DNA of 64,000 nucleotides from an uncultured delta proteobacterium (GCA_963753975.1 CAVWEH010000005.1:471287-535286); one strand, 5' to 3'. Counted from the stretch's first letter, positions 10,753 to 21,883 are shown. Made by a program: numbers and translations. Notes: a model not told the origin generated them from the sequence alone.

Positions 10753-12238
10753 AACCACCTTCGACTGTAAAAATTAAAACGACGCCTTCACGGTTCAAGC
10801 ACCAGGTGCCGAAATATAAAGTCACCAGGTCTAACGCATGCATCAACTGCGGCACTTGTGCCAAATCATGTCCCTACGGAGTTCATGAGAGGGTTGAAGG
10901 ACATAACAGGGTAAAGCCACCGATTAACTATAAATGCATCGGCTTCGAATGCCAGAACAACGATTTTTACTGTATTGCCAGATGCCCGCGCAAAGCACTG
11001 AGCTTATCGCTGAATCCGATGTATGAAACACTTGGGGACTATCGCTGGACGGCGGACATGATTACCGGAACATGGATCATGGCGGAAACAGGTTATCCTC
11101 CGGAAGCGAAAGGATCTGGAATATAATGTCGGCAATTCCGGCGGCGGCTTCGACAAGCTCAGGTTTAAGTTTCCTTCCGGCCGCCCCAAAATAGATAAGT
11201 TAGAAATCTCCACCGAAATTCCCTTAAATCGAAGAAATGATGGTCGGCCTAACATCGTCATTTCGACGCCTGTTTACGGTGGCGGGATGTCGTTCGGTTC
11301 GGTAAGCCTGCCGACCATGCTTTCCAAGGCGCACAATGCTACGATATGGAATACCTTTACCTGTACCGGCGAGGGAGGATACCCGGAAATGCTTCAACCT
11401 TACGACCGTAACGTTATCACGCAGGTGGCAACAGGTTTGTTCGGCGTACGCGAAGAAACCATACAGCGGGTGAGAATAGTGGAATTTAAGTACGCGCAGG
11501 GCGCAAAGCCCGGGACTGGGCGGGCATCTCCTGGGAGAAAAGAATACGGAAAGTGTCGCCCGCATGCGCGAAGCGGTCAAGGGTACTTCGCTTTTTTCAC
11601 CTTTCCCATTTCACTCGGTCTATTCTATCGAAGATCACAAGAAACATATTGACTGGATTAAAGAAATCAATCCTCAGGCATTAGTCTCCGTTAAGGTTTC
11701 CACTCCTAATGACGTGGATATGGTTGCCGTCGGTTCATACTACGCCGGCGCGCATATTATTCACATTGACGGCGGCTACGGCGGCACCGGCGCCGCGCCA
11801 GACATTGCCAAGAAGAATATCGCCATGCCTATAGAATATGCTATCGTAAAAGTTCATAATTTTTTAAAGGAGGAGGGCGCCCGGGACGCAATGACACTCA
11901 TTGCTTCAGGCGGTATTCGGACTGCTCATGACCTGGCTAAAGCAATTTGCCTGGGCGCGGACGGCGCAGTTATAGGCACGGCGGAATTGGTGTCGCTCGA
12001 ATGTGTCCGCTGCGGAAACTGCGAGTCTGGACGCGGCTGCGCCCGGGGCATTGCCTCGACCGATTCGGAGCTTGCCGACCTCTTTAGGGAAGACTGGGCT
12101 ACGCAGCGCCTGACCAATATGTATCATGCCTGGAATGTCCAGCTCGTGGAGATCCTCCAGAAGTTCGGCATGCGAAGCGTGAGAGAGCTTGTTGGCAGGT
12201 CTGATTTGCTTGAACATATAGATTATTCATCCCGTTAG
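10749..12238 (+). pseudogene. gltB: Archaeal-type glutamate synthase FMN-binding subunit (ferredoxin + GltB domain 2), broken by two +1 frameshifts in this sequence.
   Basis: Frame 0 gives the ferredoxin domain (10749-11126). Frame 1 gives ...NSGGGFDKL...MSFGSVSLP..TGEGG..AQGAKPGTG. Frame 2 continues GGHLLGEK...SPFPFHSVYSIEDH...IDGGYGGTGAAP...IASGGIRTAHD...CVRCGNCESGRGC, which are all canonical GltS motifs. The shifts lie at about 11120-11127 (atataat) and about 11518-11522 (gggcggg). Confidence 0.75.
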
Positions 12239-12244
12239 AAATTA

Positions 12245-14926
12245 ATGCAAAATATTATTTCTAACGGGATGAAGCGGAGTTTGCTAATAATGGATAATGT
12301 TGAAAAAATAATTAAGTCACGCACCGTGTTGTGCAGCCAGGTGCCGCTTTTAAGCCCGAATACTGAAGAAGAAGGCGGCTGCGGCGTTACCGGTTTCATC
12401 TGTTCCATTCCGGTAACCGGAAAAAATATTTTCGAGCCGTCGGTACAGATGCACAATAGGGGGAATGGAAAAGGCGGCGGCATCGGAGCTGTTGGATTTG
12501 TTCCCGAAGCACTGGGCGTCTCCCGGCAAGTGCTGGAAGATGATTACATGCTACACGTTGCCCTCCTTGATATGAGCGTGTATGAAGATCTGGAAAACAC
12601 TTTTATCAAACCTAATTTTAAGATTGATAAATTCGAAAAGCTAGCCACTATCGACGATTATCGCAGCATCGGTCTGGAAGTCCGGCCGCCGGATGTTATG
12701 CGTTATTTCGTCCGCGTCAAAGATGAAGTACTGGACCGGTTCATTAAAGACAATAAATTTTCCTCTCTGGACAGACGGGATGCCGAAGACGAATTTGTCT
12801 ATCAGAATAGCTTCAAGATTAACACCCACTATTATGCTTCTCTTGGTGAAAAGAAAGCTTTTGTCATGTCTCACGGCAGAAACATGATGATCCTGAAAAT
12901 CGTGGGTTACGCGGAAAACGTCGTCCGGTACTATAAGCTGGATGATTTCAAGGCTCATGCCTGGCTTGCTCATCAGCGCTATCCCACCCGCGGACGCGTC
13001 TGGCATCCCGGCGGCTGCCATCCATTCAGCGCCTTGAATGAAGCTCTGGTGCATAATGGTGATTTTGCCAACTATCAGTCCGTACTTGAATACCTTAAAC
13101 AGCGAAACTACTACCCGCTGTTTCTTACCGATACTGAAGAAGCAGCTCTGCTTCTTGATTTGTGGAGCAGGGTATATAAATATCCGCTGGAATATCTGAT
13201 TGAGGCCATGGCCCCGACTTCGGAAATGGACTTCGATATGCTGCCTGCCAAAAAGCAGCAACTATATAAAGCTATTCAAACCCATCACGTCAATTCTTCG
13301 CCCGATGGACCTTGGTTTTTTATCATTGCCAGAAATGATGTTAGAAATGATCAATTCCAACTTATCGGTATTACCGACACAGCCATGCTGCGACCGCAGG
13401 TTTTTGCCCTGCAAGAAGGGGATGTGCAGATTGGTCTCATTTGTTCGGAAAAGCAAGCCATTGATGCGACACTGATTTCGCTCACGCGGGAAGATCCGCG
13501 TTTCCTGCCCATTGCTGACAAATATTGGAATGCCCGCGGCGGCAGCTATACCGACGGCGGCGCCTTTATCTTCAGCCTCAAAGGCGAGGCTGATGCTAAA
13601 AGGCTTATTTGTACCGACAAGTTCGGAAAAGTAATTGTGACGCCGCAGGGCAAATCTGCCTGCGATATAGCGAAAAAGATAACAGTTCCAGGGGACTACA
13701 AACAGATAGAAGGAGAAATTGCCGTTTTATTTACCGAAAATGATTATGCGGCCGTTGCCGATAAATTGTTTGCATATGTAAAGGACGGTATCGGCGGTTT
13801 TAATCCTGATAAACTCAGATTCTGCATTGAGACAATTAAGAGTTATGCGCTAAAAAGTGACAAAGGCAAACAAGCAGCAATTACCGCATTCACGCTTTTG
13901 ACCGATCGAAGATTCAATACCGGCTCAATAAAAAGAAGCTCCCTGCTCCATGTTGTAAGGATCGCTCTTAATGAGATTTTCGACTCCATTCCGTTGATTA
14001 TTGAAATGTCTCAGTCGCGATTCAGCCGCATTAATTATGCCGGCCGCGATCACCTGCGCGCTCCGAAAAATAATGAGAAAATTCTGATTGTTGATGCCGG
14101 ACAATTTGACCCCGAAGGTGACAATTGTGATGCGGTAATGATGGTAAAGGCCTTTAAACTCGGCTGGAAGCATTTCATTGTTTACAAATATCGCGGCCAG
14201 CGCTTTACCGGTTGCGGTTTCGGTCCGGCGACAAAGGGCATAAGGATCGATGTTTACGGCGCTTCAGGCGACTATCTGGCGTCGGGCATCGACGGCATGG
14301 AAATTTATGTTCATGGCAATGCCCAAGATCAACTCTGCCAGATCATGAAAGATGGAAAGCTAGTGGTATTTGGCGATGTTGGTCAAACATTCATGTATGG
14401 CGCCAAAGGCGGCTCTGCTTATATTATGGGTAACGCCGCGGGGCGGCCTTTAATTAATGCGGTCGGCAAACCGCGCGTGGTGATTAACGGAACTGCGTTG
14501 GACTATCTTGCAGAATCTTTTATGGCGGGTGATCCTCTCCATGGTGGCGGTTTTGTAGTACTCAACGGCATCGGTTTTGACGACGAGAAGGGAGAAATTT
14601 ACGAATACGATTCGCCGTACCCCGGCTCGAACATATTTTCTCTTGCTTCCGGCGGAGCCATTTATGTACGCGATCCGCACAGAAAACTTGTCGAGGAACA
14701 GCTCAACGGGGGCGAGTTTGCCGATGTTACCGATGCTGACTGGAAACTGATCCTGCCGTATCTCGAGGAAAACGAAAAACTCTTTGCAATAAGCGTAGAG
14801 AGACTTTTAACGGTCGACGGCAATAAAAAATCTCCGCAGGCGATTTACAGAAAAATTATGCCGCAAAGGACGCCAGCCGTCTCCAAGGAAGACGCGGGTT
14901 TGGAGGAATCAGTCGAAGAATATTAG
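12245..14926 (+). CDS. Glutamate synthase amidotransferase domain (class II Ntn, GltS N-terminal) fused to the GXGXG C-terminal domain
   Basis: A propeptide precedes the conserved CGVTGF Cys nucleophile. The C-terminal third carries the GXGXG-domain repeats (GCGFGPATKGIRIDVYGASGDY...GAKGGSAYIMGNAAGRP). Confidence 0.85.
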   Translation: MQNIISNGMKRSLLIMDNVEKIIKSRTVLCSQVPLLSPNTEEEGGCGVTGFICSIPVTGKNIFEPSVQMHNRGNGKGGGIGAVGFVPEALGVSRQVLEDDYMLHVALLDMSVYEDLENTFIKPNFKIDKFEKLATIDDYRSIGLEVRPPDVMRYFVRVKDEVLDRFIKDNKFSSLDRRDAEDEFVYQNSFKINTHYYASLGEKKAFVMSHGRNMMILKIVGYAENVVRYYKLDDFKAHAWLAHQRYPTRGRVWHPGGCHPFSALNEALVHNGDFANYQSVLEYLKQRNYYPLFLTDTEEAALLLDLWSRVYKYPLEYLIEAMAPTSEMDFDMLPAKKQQLYKAIQTHHVNSSPDGPWFFIIARNDVRNDQFQLIGITDTAMLRPQVFALQEGDVQIGLICSEKQAIDATLISLTREDPRFLPIADKYWNARGGSYTDGGAFIFSLKGEADAKRLICTDKFGKVIVTPQGKSACDIAKKITVPGDYKQIEGEIAVLFTENDYAAVADKLFAYVKDGIGGFNPDKLRFCIETIKSYALKSDKGKQAAITAFTLLTDRRFNTGSIKRSSLLHVVRIALNEIFDSIPLIIEMSQSRFSRINYAGRDHLRAPKNNEKILIVDAGQFDPEGDNCDAVMMVKAFKLGWKHFIVYKYRGQRFTGCGFGPATKGIRIDVYGASGDYLASGIDGMEIYVHGNAQDQLCQIMKDGKLVVFGDVGQTFMYGAKGGSAYIMGNAAGRPLINAVGKPRVVINGTALDYLAESFMAGDPLHGGGFVVLNGIGFDDEKGEIYEYDSPYPGSNIFSLASGGAIYVRDPHRKLVEEQLNGGEFADVTDADWKLILPYLEENEKLFAISVERLLTVDGNKKSPQAIYRKIMPQRTPAVSKEDAGLEESVEEY

Positions 14927-15033
14927 GATAATTTTTTCGTGGTGCGTGTGAATGTAACGGCAGAGATTATTTGCATCGCACGCGAAATGGTTTGCTTCTT
15001 CGATAAGGCTACACACTGAATTCCGCTGTTTAT

Positions 15034-16675
15034 TTAATGAGCTTCACTTACGTGTTTATTTTTTTTCCGGAAAAATTTCGGATCAATTCCCAGTTTGCTG
15101 ATTTTATACTGCATGATGCGTTTGGTAGTGCCCAGCATCTTTGCGGCTTTGGTTTGATTTCCCGCAACTTCTTCCAACGCATCGATAATCAATGATCTTT
15201 CCTGCGCTTCTACAACAGAAGACAATTTTCCCCGTTCTTTTTTGTCCAATTCCTTTTCTCTTGCCTGCAAAGACGGGGGCAAATGCATACACTCGATTGT
15301 ATCGCTATTGGACAAGAGAACAGCTCGCTCTATGCAGTTCTCCAGTTCGCGCACATTCCCCGGCCATTTATGGGATAAAAATACTTCTATGGCCGATGTG
15401 GAAATTCTTTTAATGTTTTTAGCCATTTCCTTGCTGTATTTCAGGATAAAATGATCGGCCAATAAGATGACATCGCTGCCTCTTTCACGCAGCGGAGGCA
15501 AATAAATAGGAAAAACATTCAAGCGGTAAAACAGATCAGCGCGAAAACGTTCCGCCAAAATATCTTGTTCTAAATCTCTGTTCGTTGCTGCGATAATGCG
15601 CACATTAACGTTGACAACTCTGGAAGACCCCAATGGTTGAAATCTTTTTTCCTGTAAGACGCGCAAAAGTTTTACCTGCGCAGCAGCGGATAGCTCGCCT
15701 ACTTCGTCCAAGAAAGATTGTGCCGCCGTTTGCTTCTTCGAATCTTCCCCGCCGCTGCTGCAATGCGCCGGTAAATGCTCCTTTTTCATGACCAAATAAC
15801 TCGCTTTCAATTAACGTATCGGGGATCGCCGCACAATTAACCTGTACTATCGGACCGTTGTGCCGGGGAGAGTTCATGTGAATCGCCCGGGCAATCAGTT
15901 CCTTGCCCGTTCCGGTCTCTCCGGAGATTAGAACCGTTGTGTTGGAATCGGCCACCTGAGCGACTAGACCGAATACTTCCTGCATAGGTTTAGAATGGCC
16001 GATAATATCTATCGAAGGCGCCCGTGTACTGCCGACGATTTTCTTCAGTCTTTTATTTTCCTCCTCCAGCGCTCTGATGTGCACGAATTTGGCCATCAAT
16101 TCCGCGACCGATGAAAGCATAGCCAGTTCTTTATCCAGATTTTCCACCTCGCGCGCGACTTTATCGGCCGATAAAACTCCCACGACATGGTCGTCGTAAA
16201 TAATAGGAACACAAAGAAAGGCCAATTCCGTCCTGTTTAAATGACGCCGCGCCCCTGTACGGTCTAAAAAATGAGTGGCGTGCCCCAGATTGGCGACAGC
16301 CATCGGACGGCCTGTTTGGGCTACCTCGCCGGTAATACCTTCGCCGGGTTTATAGGTTATATCCAATCCTTCAATATTTACACCGTGGGCAATGTCGAGC
16401 CAGGCTTCCTTTTTTTCGCGATCCAAGAGCGAAATCATGCCTCGCTGCATACCTAAACGTGAACTCATTTCCTGCAGAACTTGCTCTAGCTCATCACGTA
16501 AATCTGTAGGTTGAGCTAAAATTTTAGATATAGCGTGCAGTGCGGCAAGCTCTTCGTAACTGTGTAGGCTTAATTTCGTCTCTTCCATAATAGAATTTTT
16601 TTTTGAAATTTTACTCATATTAAGGCCTAAAGAACCTTTTAAAAATATTTTGTTACAAAATTGTTCTAAAAGCAA
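15034..16675 (-). pseudogene. Sigma-54-dependent transcriptional activator (GAF sensor + AAA+ sigma-54 interaction domain + HTH), frameshifted in this sequence.
   Basis: ORF 15605..16675 carries GAF and Walker A (GETGTGKE) and ends ...GGTIFL. ORF 15034..15810 continues in another frame with [24 protein letters not shown], the arginine-finger region and a C-terminal HTH. A one-base shift sits at about 15706-15712 (cttggac). Confidence 0.8.
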
Positions 16676-16900
16676 CAGATTTTTGGCATTTCAATGTATG
16701 AAAATGCAAGTAATGAACCAATTTTGATCTTTTTTGATAATTTTAAAGTAAGGTAACTTAAAACGATGTTCACAAATATGCTTAAATAAGCATTTTTAAG
16801 GCTTTGCCAATTATAAATAAAATTTTCGTCCAATTCGGACGCTGCTGGTCAGTCGCGCTGCTTTTTACGTCGGCTGAATTAGCCTTGTTCGATATTCCTT

Positions 16901-17974
16901 CTATTTTATATCACTGTAGTAGCGTGATGGACCGCTCCAGATGCCCCAATTGCTTTCCTGAAAAATTGATTTGCAGCTGCTAACGGTTTCACCTCTGCCT
17001 TCTTCCGTTTTCTCCTTAATGTCTCGGGGATTGGCACCGACTTCTGCCCAGAAAAGATTTGCCCCGGCGATCGCACCCAGGGCACAAGGCTCATGCGTAC
17101 AGTTGCCCATCACAGATCGTGGCATTCCCAATCTGGTAACAGCAACTATTTGGGCCATACGCATCTCGTTAATTACTCCGCGTTCGGCTATCGCAGTTCC
17201 AGGTAAGGGGATACGCCTGGCTGCGCCGCTGTATGAAGGATTGAAGGAAGCCGTGAATTCTATCATCTCAGCCAACTCCTCGTTTGTGTGTTCCGGCCCT
17301 ACCGGTTCGACACATGTGCCGACTTTTAATCCAGCCTCTTGAAAGTTGCGAATGCTTTCCTTTCTTGCCTTCGGAGAGAGACCTGAATCGATTCCTTCAC
17401 GCAGACGCAAAGCGTGATATACACCTGTGTATCCGGTCTCTTTCATCTTGCTCGCGTTGGCGAGTGACTGGTCGCCAATATTGGCTACGATGACTGTCGT
17501 CTTTTTGAGATTTTTACGGATTTCCTGAGATATTTCCAGAAACAACTCAAACGAATACCGGGCAGTTGTCATTACGAAAATGGCGTTTGCCCCGTCTTCT
17601 TCGAATTGTTTCGCGTATGTAACAGCCTCTTTGGCTGTCAACTGTTTTTCTTCGGAAAAAACGCCGTTCTTCTGTGCAAATGCACAAAAGGCACAGTTGC
17701 AGGGACAAGGTGCCAGGTTGAGGGCCAACTGGGCATGTACTTCGGCTTTGTTCCCGGTTAACTCCTTTGAGATTCGATTGGCTTCCGCCATGATGAGATA
17801 GCTCTCCGGAGAGTCAGGCGCCAGCGAGAGTAAATGCACTAATTCCTTGTGGAAGAGCTGTTCACCGTTCTGTGATTTTTTTATCAGTTCATTAATATCC
17901 ATTTCAATTCCTATCTCACTTTGACCATCCAACGCGGAGCTAAGGGCGGCATGTGAATCAGCGCACCCGGGCAT
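16901..17974 (-). CDS. Radical SAM protein, BioB/HydE/PylB-like family
   Basis: A CPCNCAFC (CxxxCxxC) cluster is followed by a TIM-barrel-like core. The true start is probably MDINELI at about 17902. Confidence 0.7.
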   Translation of the reverse strand: MPGCADSHAALSSALDGQSEIGIEMDINELIKKSQNGEQLFHKELVHLLSLAPDSPESYLIMAEANRISKELTGNKAEVHAQLALNLAPCPCNCAFCAFAQKNGVFSEEKQLTAKEAVTYAKQFEEDGANAIFVMTTARYSFELFLEISQEIRKNLKKTTVIVANIGDQSLANASKMKETGYTGVYHALRLREGIDSGLSPKARKESIRNFQEAGLKVGTCVEPVGPEHTNEELAEMIEFTASFNPSYSGAARRIPLPGTAIAERGVINEMRMAQIVAVTRLGMPRSVMGNCTHEPCALGAIAGANLFWAEVGANPRDIKEKTEEGRGETVSSCKSIFQESNWGIWSGPSRYYSDIK

Positions 17975-18387
17975 TTTTTTCTTTACAATACTGTAATATC
18001 AGAACTTCGCCTATTTGTCAGGCACCAATAATGACCTCAATAATGGTAGTTTAGACCAGTGTTGCCGACGTGCAAAGCACTCTGAAGGATTTTACGTTTT
18101 TCTTACGCCAACTCCCTGGAAAACATCAAAGAGGGATTAAACCGGCTGGAGCGATATTTGGGTAAACTCTAGCTGAGATCTTTTAGTTCTAATAGTTTTA
18201 AACGAAATTTTTGTTCAGTTGAAACAATCGTCAAAAATGCACCCATATGATGTAAGCATGGACAATCCGATAATCCTCAAAATATATTAAGAGGTTTTTT
18301 ATTGGTTTTTGTTGGCTAAAATATTAAAGGTTTCAATTACGATTTTGTTTTCTATTTTTTTAAACTGATTCTGAAAATCATCTTTGC

Positions 18388-18674
18388 TCAAATGATATTA
18401 TTTTTTCTTAGCATATCAACATACTCTTCTTTGCCCATCGGACAATCAAAAAAATCTTCAGCCAGATTACTATCCTCAAATTTTAATTGATTTTTTATTC
18501 TACCCATTAAATTTGACGAATATTCTTTAATGCTATGACTAAAATATGTATATATTGGATATTTAATGCCATCGATTATAAGATTATAATATTGGTGGTG
18601 GCTCTTTTTTTGTTTGGAAAAAAACCCTTTTTCTCCAAAACTTTAATTATGTCAGTAGTCTTCCTAGGTTTCAT
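18388..18674 (-). pseudogene. hicA: HicA-like mRNA interferase toxin, read through a T7/T8 homopolymer frameshift
   Basis: Frame 1 reads MKPRKTTDIIKVLEKKGFF. Frame 0 continues SKQKKSHHQYYNLIIDGIKYPIYTYFSHSIKEY..., which matches the HicA pattern (LIKxLEKxGF...RQKGSHxxY...DG..vtvP.H). The join sits in the A7 run at 18618-18624 on the + strand. It overlaps the 3' end of the upstream gene by 11 nt. Confidence 0.45.
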
Positions 18675-19683
18675 TGTGTATAGTCTTAATCATACCCATT
18701 ATTTTTGACTTTAAGCTTTGAGCTTTAAGAGATAGATTTTTATCTTTTTCCAAAACAAAATTTTCATATAAAGAATTAAATGCAAAATTGAATGCCTCTT
18801 GAGCCTCTTCTCTAGTCTCGCCCCAAACATCAATTTCCAATGGTTCGAATTTAATATAATAGAAATTGTCAGAAAAGATCACTTCACAACTAATTTTTTC
18901 TTTAAGCACAAATACCGATTGCTCATATTTTATGATTTCTGTTTTAAGCGGATATGTATCATGTTTCAATTCTTCAATATCATAAATTTCTTTAATATTT
19001 GCCTTCTTTAAATCAATTTTGTCACCTTTGGTACATAGTCGTAAATAAGCCCTGTAATTTTTTTCTGTAAGTTCCTGTACTCTTTCAATATATGGGGTTA
19101 TCTGTATTCTTTTGTTATCAGATGGCGGTTGTAATGTTCGTACAATCTTTGTTCTACTAGAGTCTAATAAATTAATCTTATAATCTTTCCCATCGGCAAT
19201 TGCTTTAAAGATCGGATTGAAAATATTTTTTCTTTCATTGGCAGTATATTTTTTTGATATTTCTTCTACGAAATGATCATCATTAAGATCCGCATAAATA
19301 ACGTCGTTTCTATATATGTTGTATTTATCTCTTTTCCAATCAAGCACATTATTATCAAACAATGAATAATTGATATCTTCTAAATTAGGTGCAATGGAGG
19401 TTTGATAACTGCCGATTTTTGAATCGACAATAAGCAATTCCATTTCTTTTATTAGTTTTTCTGGTGCTTCTTCATCTTTATCGTAAATGCTTCTAAATTT
19501 TTCGTGCTTTAAGAATTCAATTTTTAAAAAATTACGAAATGAATTACGTAAATTGCTTAAGACTGAGATAACCGTTCTTAAGCTGGCTAAATCTGAAGAA
19601 TTTTTTTCGGGCTTAATTTGGATGTTTATTGAATAATTAAGTAATTTTTTGATTAAATCATTCATTTTATTTATTTCGATCAA
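18664..19683 (-). CDS. Hypothetical 339 aa protein: a large unknown N-terminal region with a HicB-like C-terminal domain
   Basis: The C-terminal FYYIKFEPLEIDVWGETREEAQEAFNFAFNSLYENF resembles the HicB/DUF1902 antitoxin core. Codon usage is AT-rich. No other recognisable motifs were found. Confidence 0.55.
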   Translation of the reverse strand: MIEINKMNDLIKKLLNYSINIQIKPEKNSSDLASLRTVISVLSNLRNSFRNFLKIEFLKHEKFRSIYDKDEEAPEKLIKEMELLIVDSKIGSYQTSIAPNLEDINYSLFDNNVLDWKRDKYNIYRNDVIYADLNDDHFVEEISKKYTANERKNIFNPIFKAIADGKDYKINLLDSSRTKIVRTLQPPSDNKRIQITPYIERVQELTEKNYRAYLRLCTKGDKIDLKKANIKEIYDIEELKHDTYPLKTEIIKYEQSVFVLKEKISCEVIFSDNFYYIKFEPLEIDVWGETREEAQEAFNFAFNSLYENFVLEKDKNLSLKAQSLKSKIMGMIKTIHNET

Positions 19684-19832
19684 CAGCCAATAATTTTAAT
19701 ACATTAACTTCCGCGATAAAACCCGAAGTGTGCAATAGGGTACTTGAAATCCCGTATATTTTACACGAAAGTTTAAATCAAACAGATTTATTAGTCAAGT
19801 CAATTATCGGACAAAATCAAGTGTATTTTTAG

Positions 19833-21733
19833 CTAATTAACTTTATCTTTTTTCGTTTTTGCGCTGCCTACGAGTTCGTGTTTCTTCATCATGATCAACA
19901 CAGCCGAGATGGCGCCTTCGGTCATGCCGGGGATTCGTTCCATCTGACCGATCGTGGCGGGGGCGATGCGGGTGAGCTTGACTTTAAGTTCGTTGGATAA
20001 TCCGGGAATGGAATTATAATCAAAGTCCGGCGGAATTTTCTTTTTTTCCTGTTCCTTCAAACGCTGGACTGATTCAAATTGTCTTTTGATATAGCCTTCG
20101 TATTTTGTTTCTATTTCGATCTGCTTTTTAACGAAAGAATCGTTTTCCGGCTCCCAGCCGGGAAATTGGGCCAGATTGTCATAAGATAATTCATGCCTTT
20201 TGAGGAGACCATAAAGAGTGGTGTGATTATTCAGAGGCGGCGAATTGAATTTCGCCAGTTGTTCGTTTATTTCCGGCGATGGTTTGACTGGCGATGCTTT
20301 CAACCGCTTAATACCCTGCTCAATACGACGTATTTTATCCTGCAGTTCTGCGCAATGTTCGCGGGCAACCAAACCCAACTCACAGCCCTTACCCATTAAG
20401 CGGATGACGGCATTGTCTTCCCGCAGAATGAGGCGATATTCGGCGCGGGAGGTAAACATACGATACGGTTCATCCACGCCGCGGGTAACCAGATCGTCGA
20501 TCATTACCGCCATGTAGGCCTCCGAGCGATCCAGAATAAAAGCGGGAGCGGCCTGAACGGCACGCGCGGCGTTGATTCCCGCCCAGAGACCCTGCGCCGC
20601 CGCTTCTTCATAACCGGATGTGCCGTTGATCTGACCGGCCAGATACAGTCCCCGAATTAGTTTGGTCTCCAAAGTGAGCTTCAACTGGCTGGGCTGAACA
20701 AAATCATACTCGATGGCGTAAGCCGGACGCATGATTTCCGCCTGCTCCAGACCTTTTACGCTGTGCACAATCTGATACTGTATCGCGAGCGGCAGGCAGT
20801 TACCCAGGCCTTTGGCATAAACTTCCTCTGTTTCGAGTCCCTCATGTTCCAGCACTACAGGATGGCTTTCGCGCTCGCCGAAGCGCATGACTTTATCTTC
20901 GAGCGATGGACAATAGCGGGCACTCACTCCTTTAATGACACCGGCATATAAAGGCGAATACTGAATATTTTCTCTAATCACGCGATGCGTTTCGGCGGAT
21001 GTCGCACTAAAATATGAAGGTAGACGCTCCTTCCGCAGAGCACTGGTTGTAAAAGAAAATGGTTGGGGGTCGGGGTCGCTGTCTTGGCGCTCGAGGCGGG
21101 AAAAATCAATGGATGAAGCGCGCAGGCGCGGGCGGGGTTCCGGTTTTCATTCTACCCATTTCAAAGCCCAGCTGTTTGAGGTTCTTTGCCAGCCCGATGG
21201 ATGCCAGCTCTCCGGCGCGTCCCGAAGCGGTCTGCGATGCGCCGATATGCACCAAGGCCGTTTAAAAAAGTGCCGGTGGTTATAATGACCTTTTTCGCGC
21301 CGTAAAAATACCCGCTTTGATCCAGCACTCCTACGACCGCGCCATTTTCTATGACGAGGCTTTCAACCATGGCTTGCCGGATATGGAGATTTTTCTGACT
21401 CTCGACCACCGCTTTCATCGTCAGGCGGTAGAGCTGCTTATCGCACTGCATCCGGGAAGAATGAACGGCAGGCCCCTTCGAGGCGTTGAGCATCCTGAAA
21501 TGCACGGCGGTTTTGTCGGTAACCTTGCCCATCTCGCCCCCGAGAGCATCGATTTCTTTGACCAATTGGCCTTTAGCCAGGCCGCCGATAGCGGGATTGC
21601 AGGACATGAGCGCGATAGAATCCAGATTGATATTGAACAAAAGTGTTTTGCAGCCCATGCGCGCCGCGGCCAGAGCCGCTTCGCAGCCAGCGTGGCCGCC
21701 GCCGATCACCAAAATGTCGTAATTGTCAGGCAA
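19833..21733 (-). pseudogene. mnmG: tRNA uridine-5-carboxymethylaminomethyl modification enzyme MnmG (GidA), interrupted by two frameshifts in this sequence.
   Basis: The N-terminal piece (21733..21161) reads [27 protein letters not shown]...TTGTFLNGL. The C-terminal piece (20981..19833) reads [17 protein letters not shown]...[15 protein letters not shown]. The middle reads through in other frames as [43 protein letters not shown] and [16 protein letters not shown]. The shifts lie at about 21252-21256 and 21115-21125. Confidence 0.85.
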
Positions 21734-21883
21734 CTTTGTTGCTCCTTAAATCAAGCACTTGCGCTTGCGTGAAAACGATGTTAATCGACAAAGACGCTAA
21801 TCCCTCGACTCGCTAGGCTCGCTCAGGATCAATTCGACCAAGACTTTTTCCTGCGACACTACCTTGAAAAAAGCCGGTACTCA

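Larger units (their letters stand above)
17975..19832. other. AT-rich island (roughly 28-30% GC against about 45-50% for its flanks) between the radical SAM gene and mnmG
   Basis: Both the composition shift and the codon usage of the two embedded ORFs are distinct from neighbouring genes. No tRNA or integrase is visible. Confidence 0.5.

Noticed and set aside
11062-11287. An alternative interpretation of gltB as two separate genes (a ferredoxin and an FMN-domain protein with a non-ATG start)
   Set aside because: No ATG, GTG or TTG start is available in frame. The upstream paralog shows the same two parts fused. The frame-1 sequence NSGGGFDKL continues the alignment with the paralog. A frameshift is the more parsimonious explanation.
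16768-16783. The palindrome ATGCTTAAATAAGCAT followed by TTTTT
   Set aside because: The T-run is on the wrong strand for the upstream minus-strand gene, and the stem is an AT-only 7 bp stem. It is not a convincing terminator.
18000-18400. Searched the AT-rich island flank for a tRNA, integrase or att site
   Set aside because: There is no tRNA-like GTTCRANYC arm, no recombinase ORF and no direct repeats. The island is therefore not classed as a mobile element.
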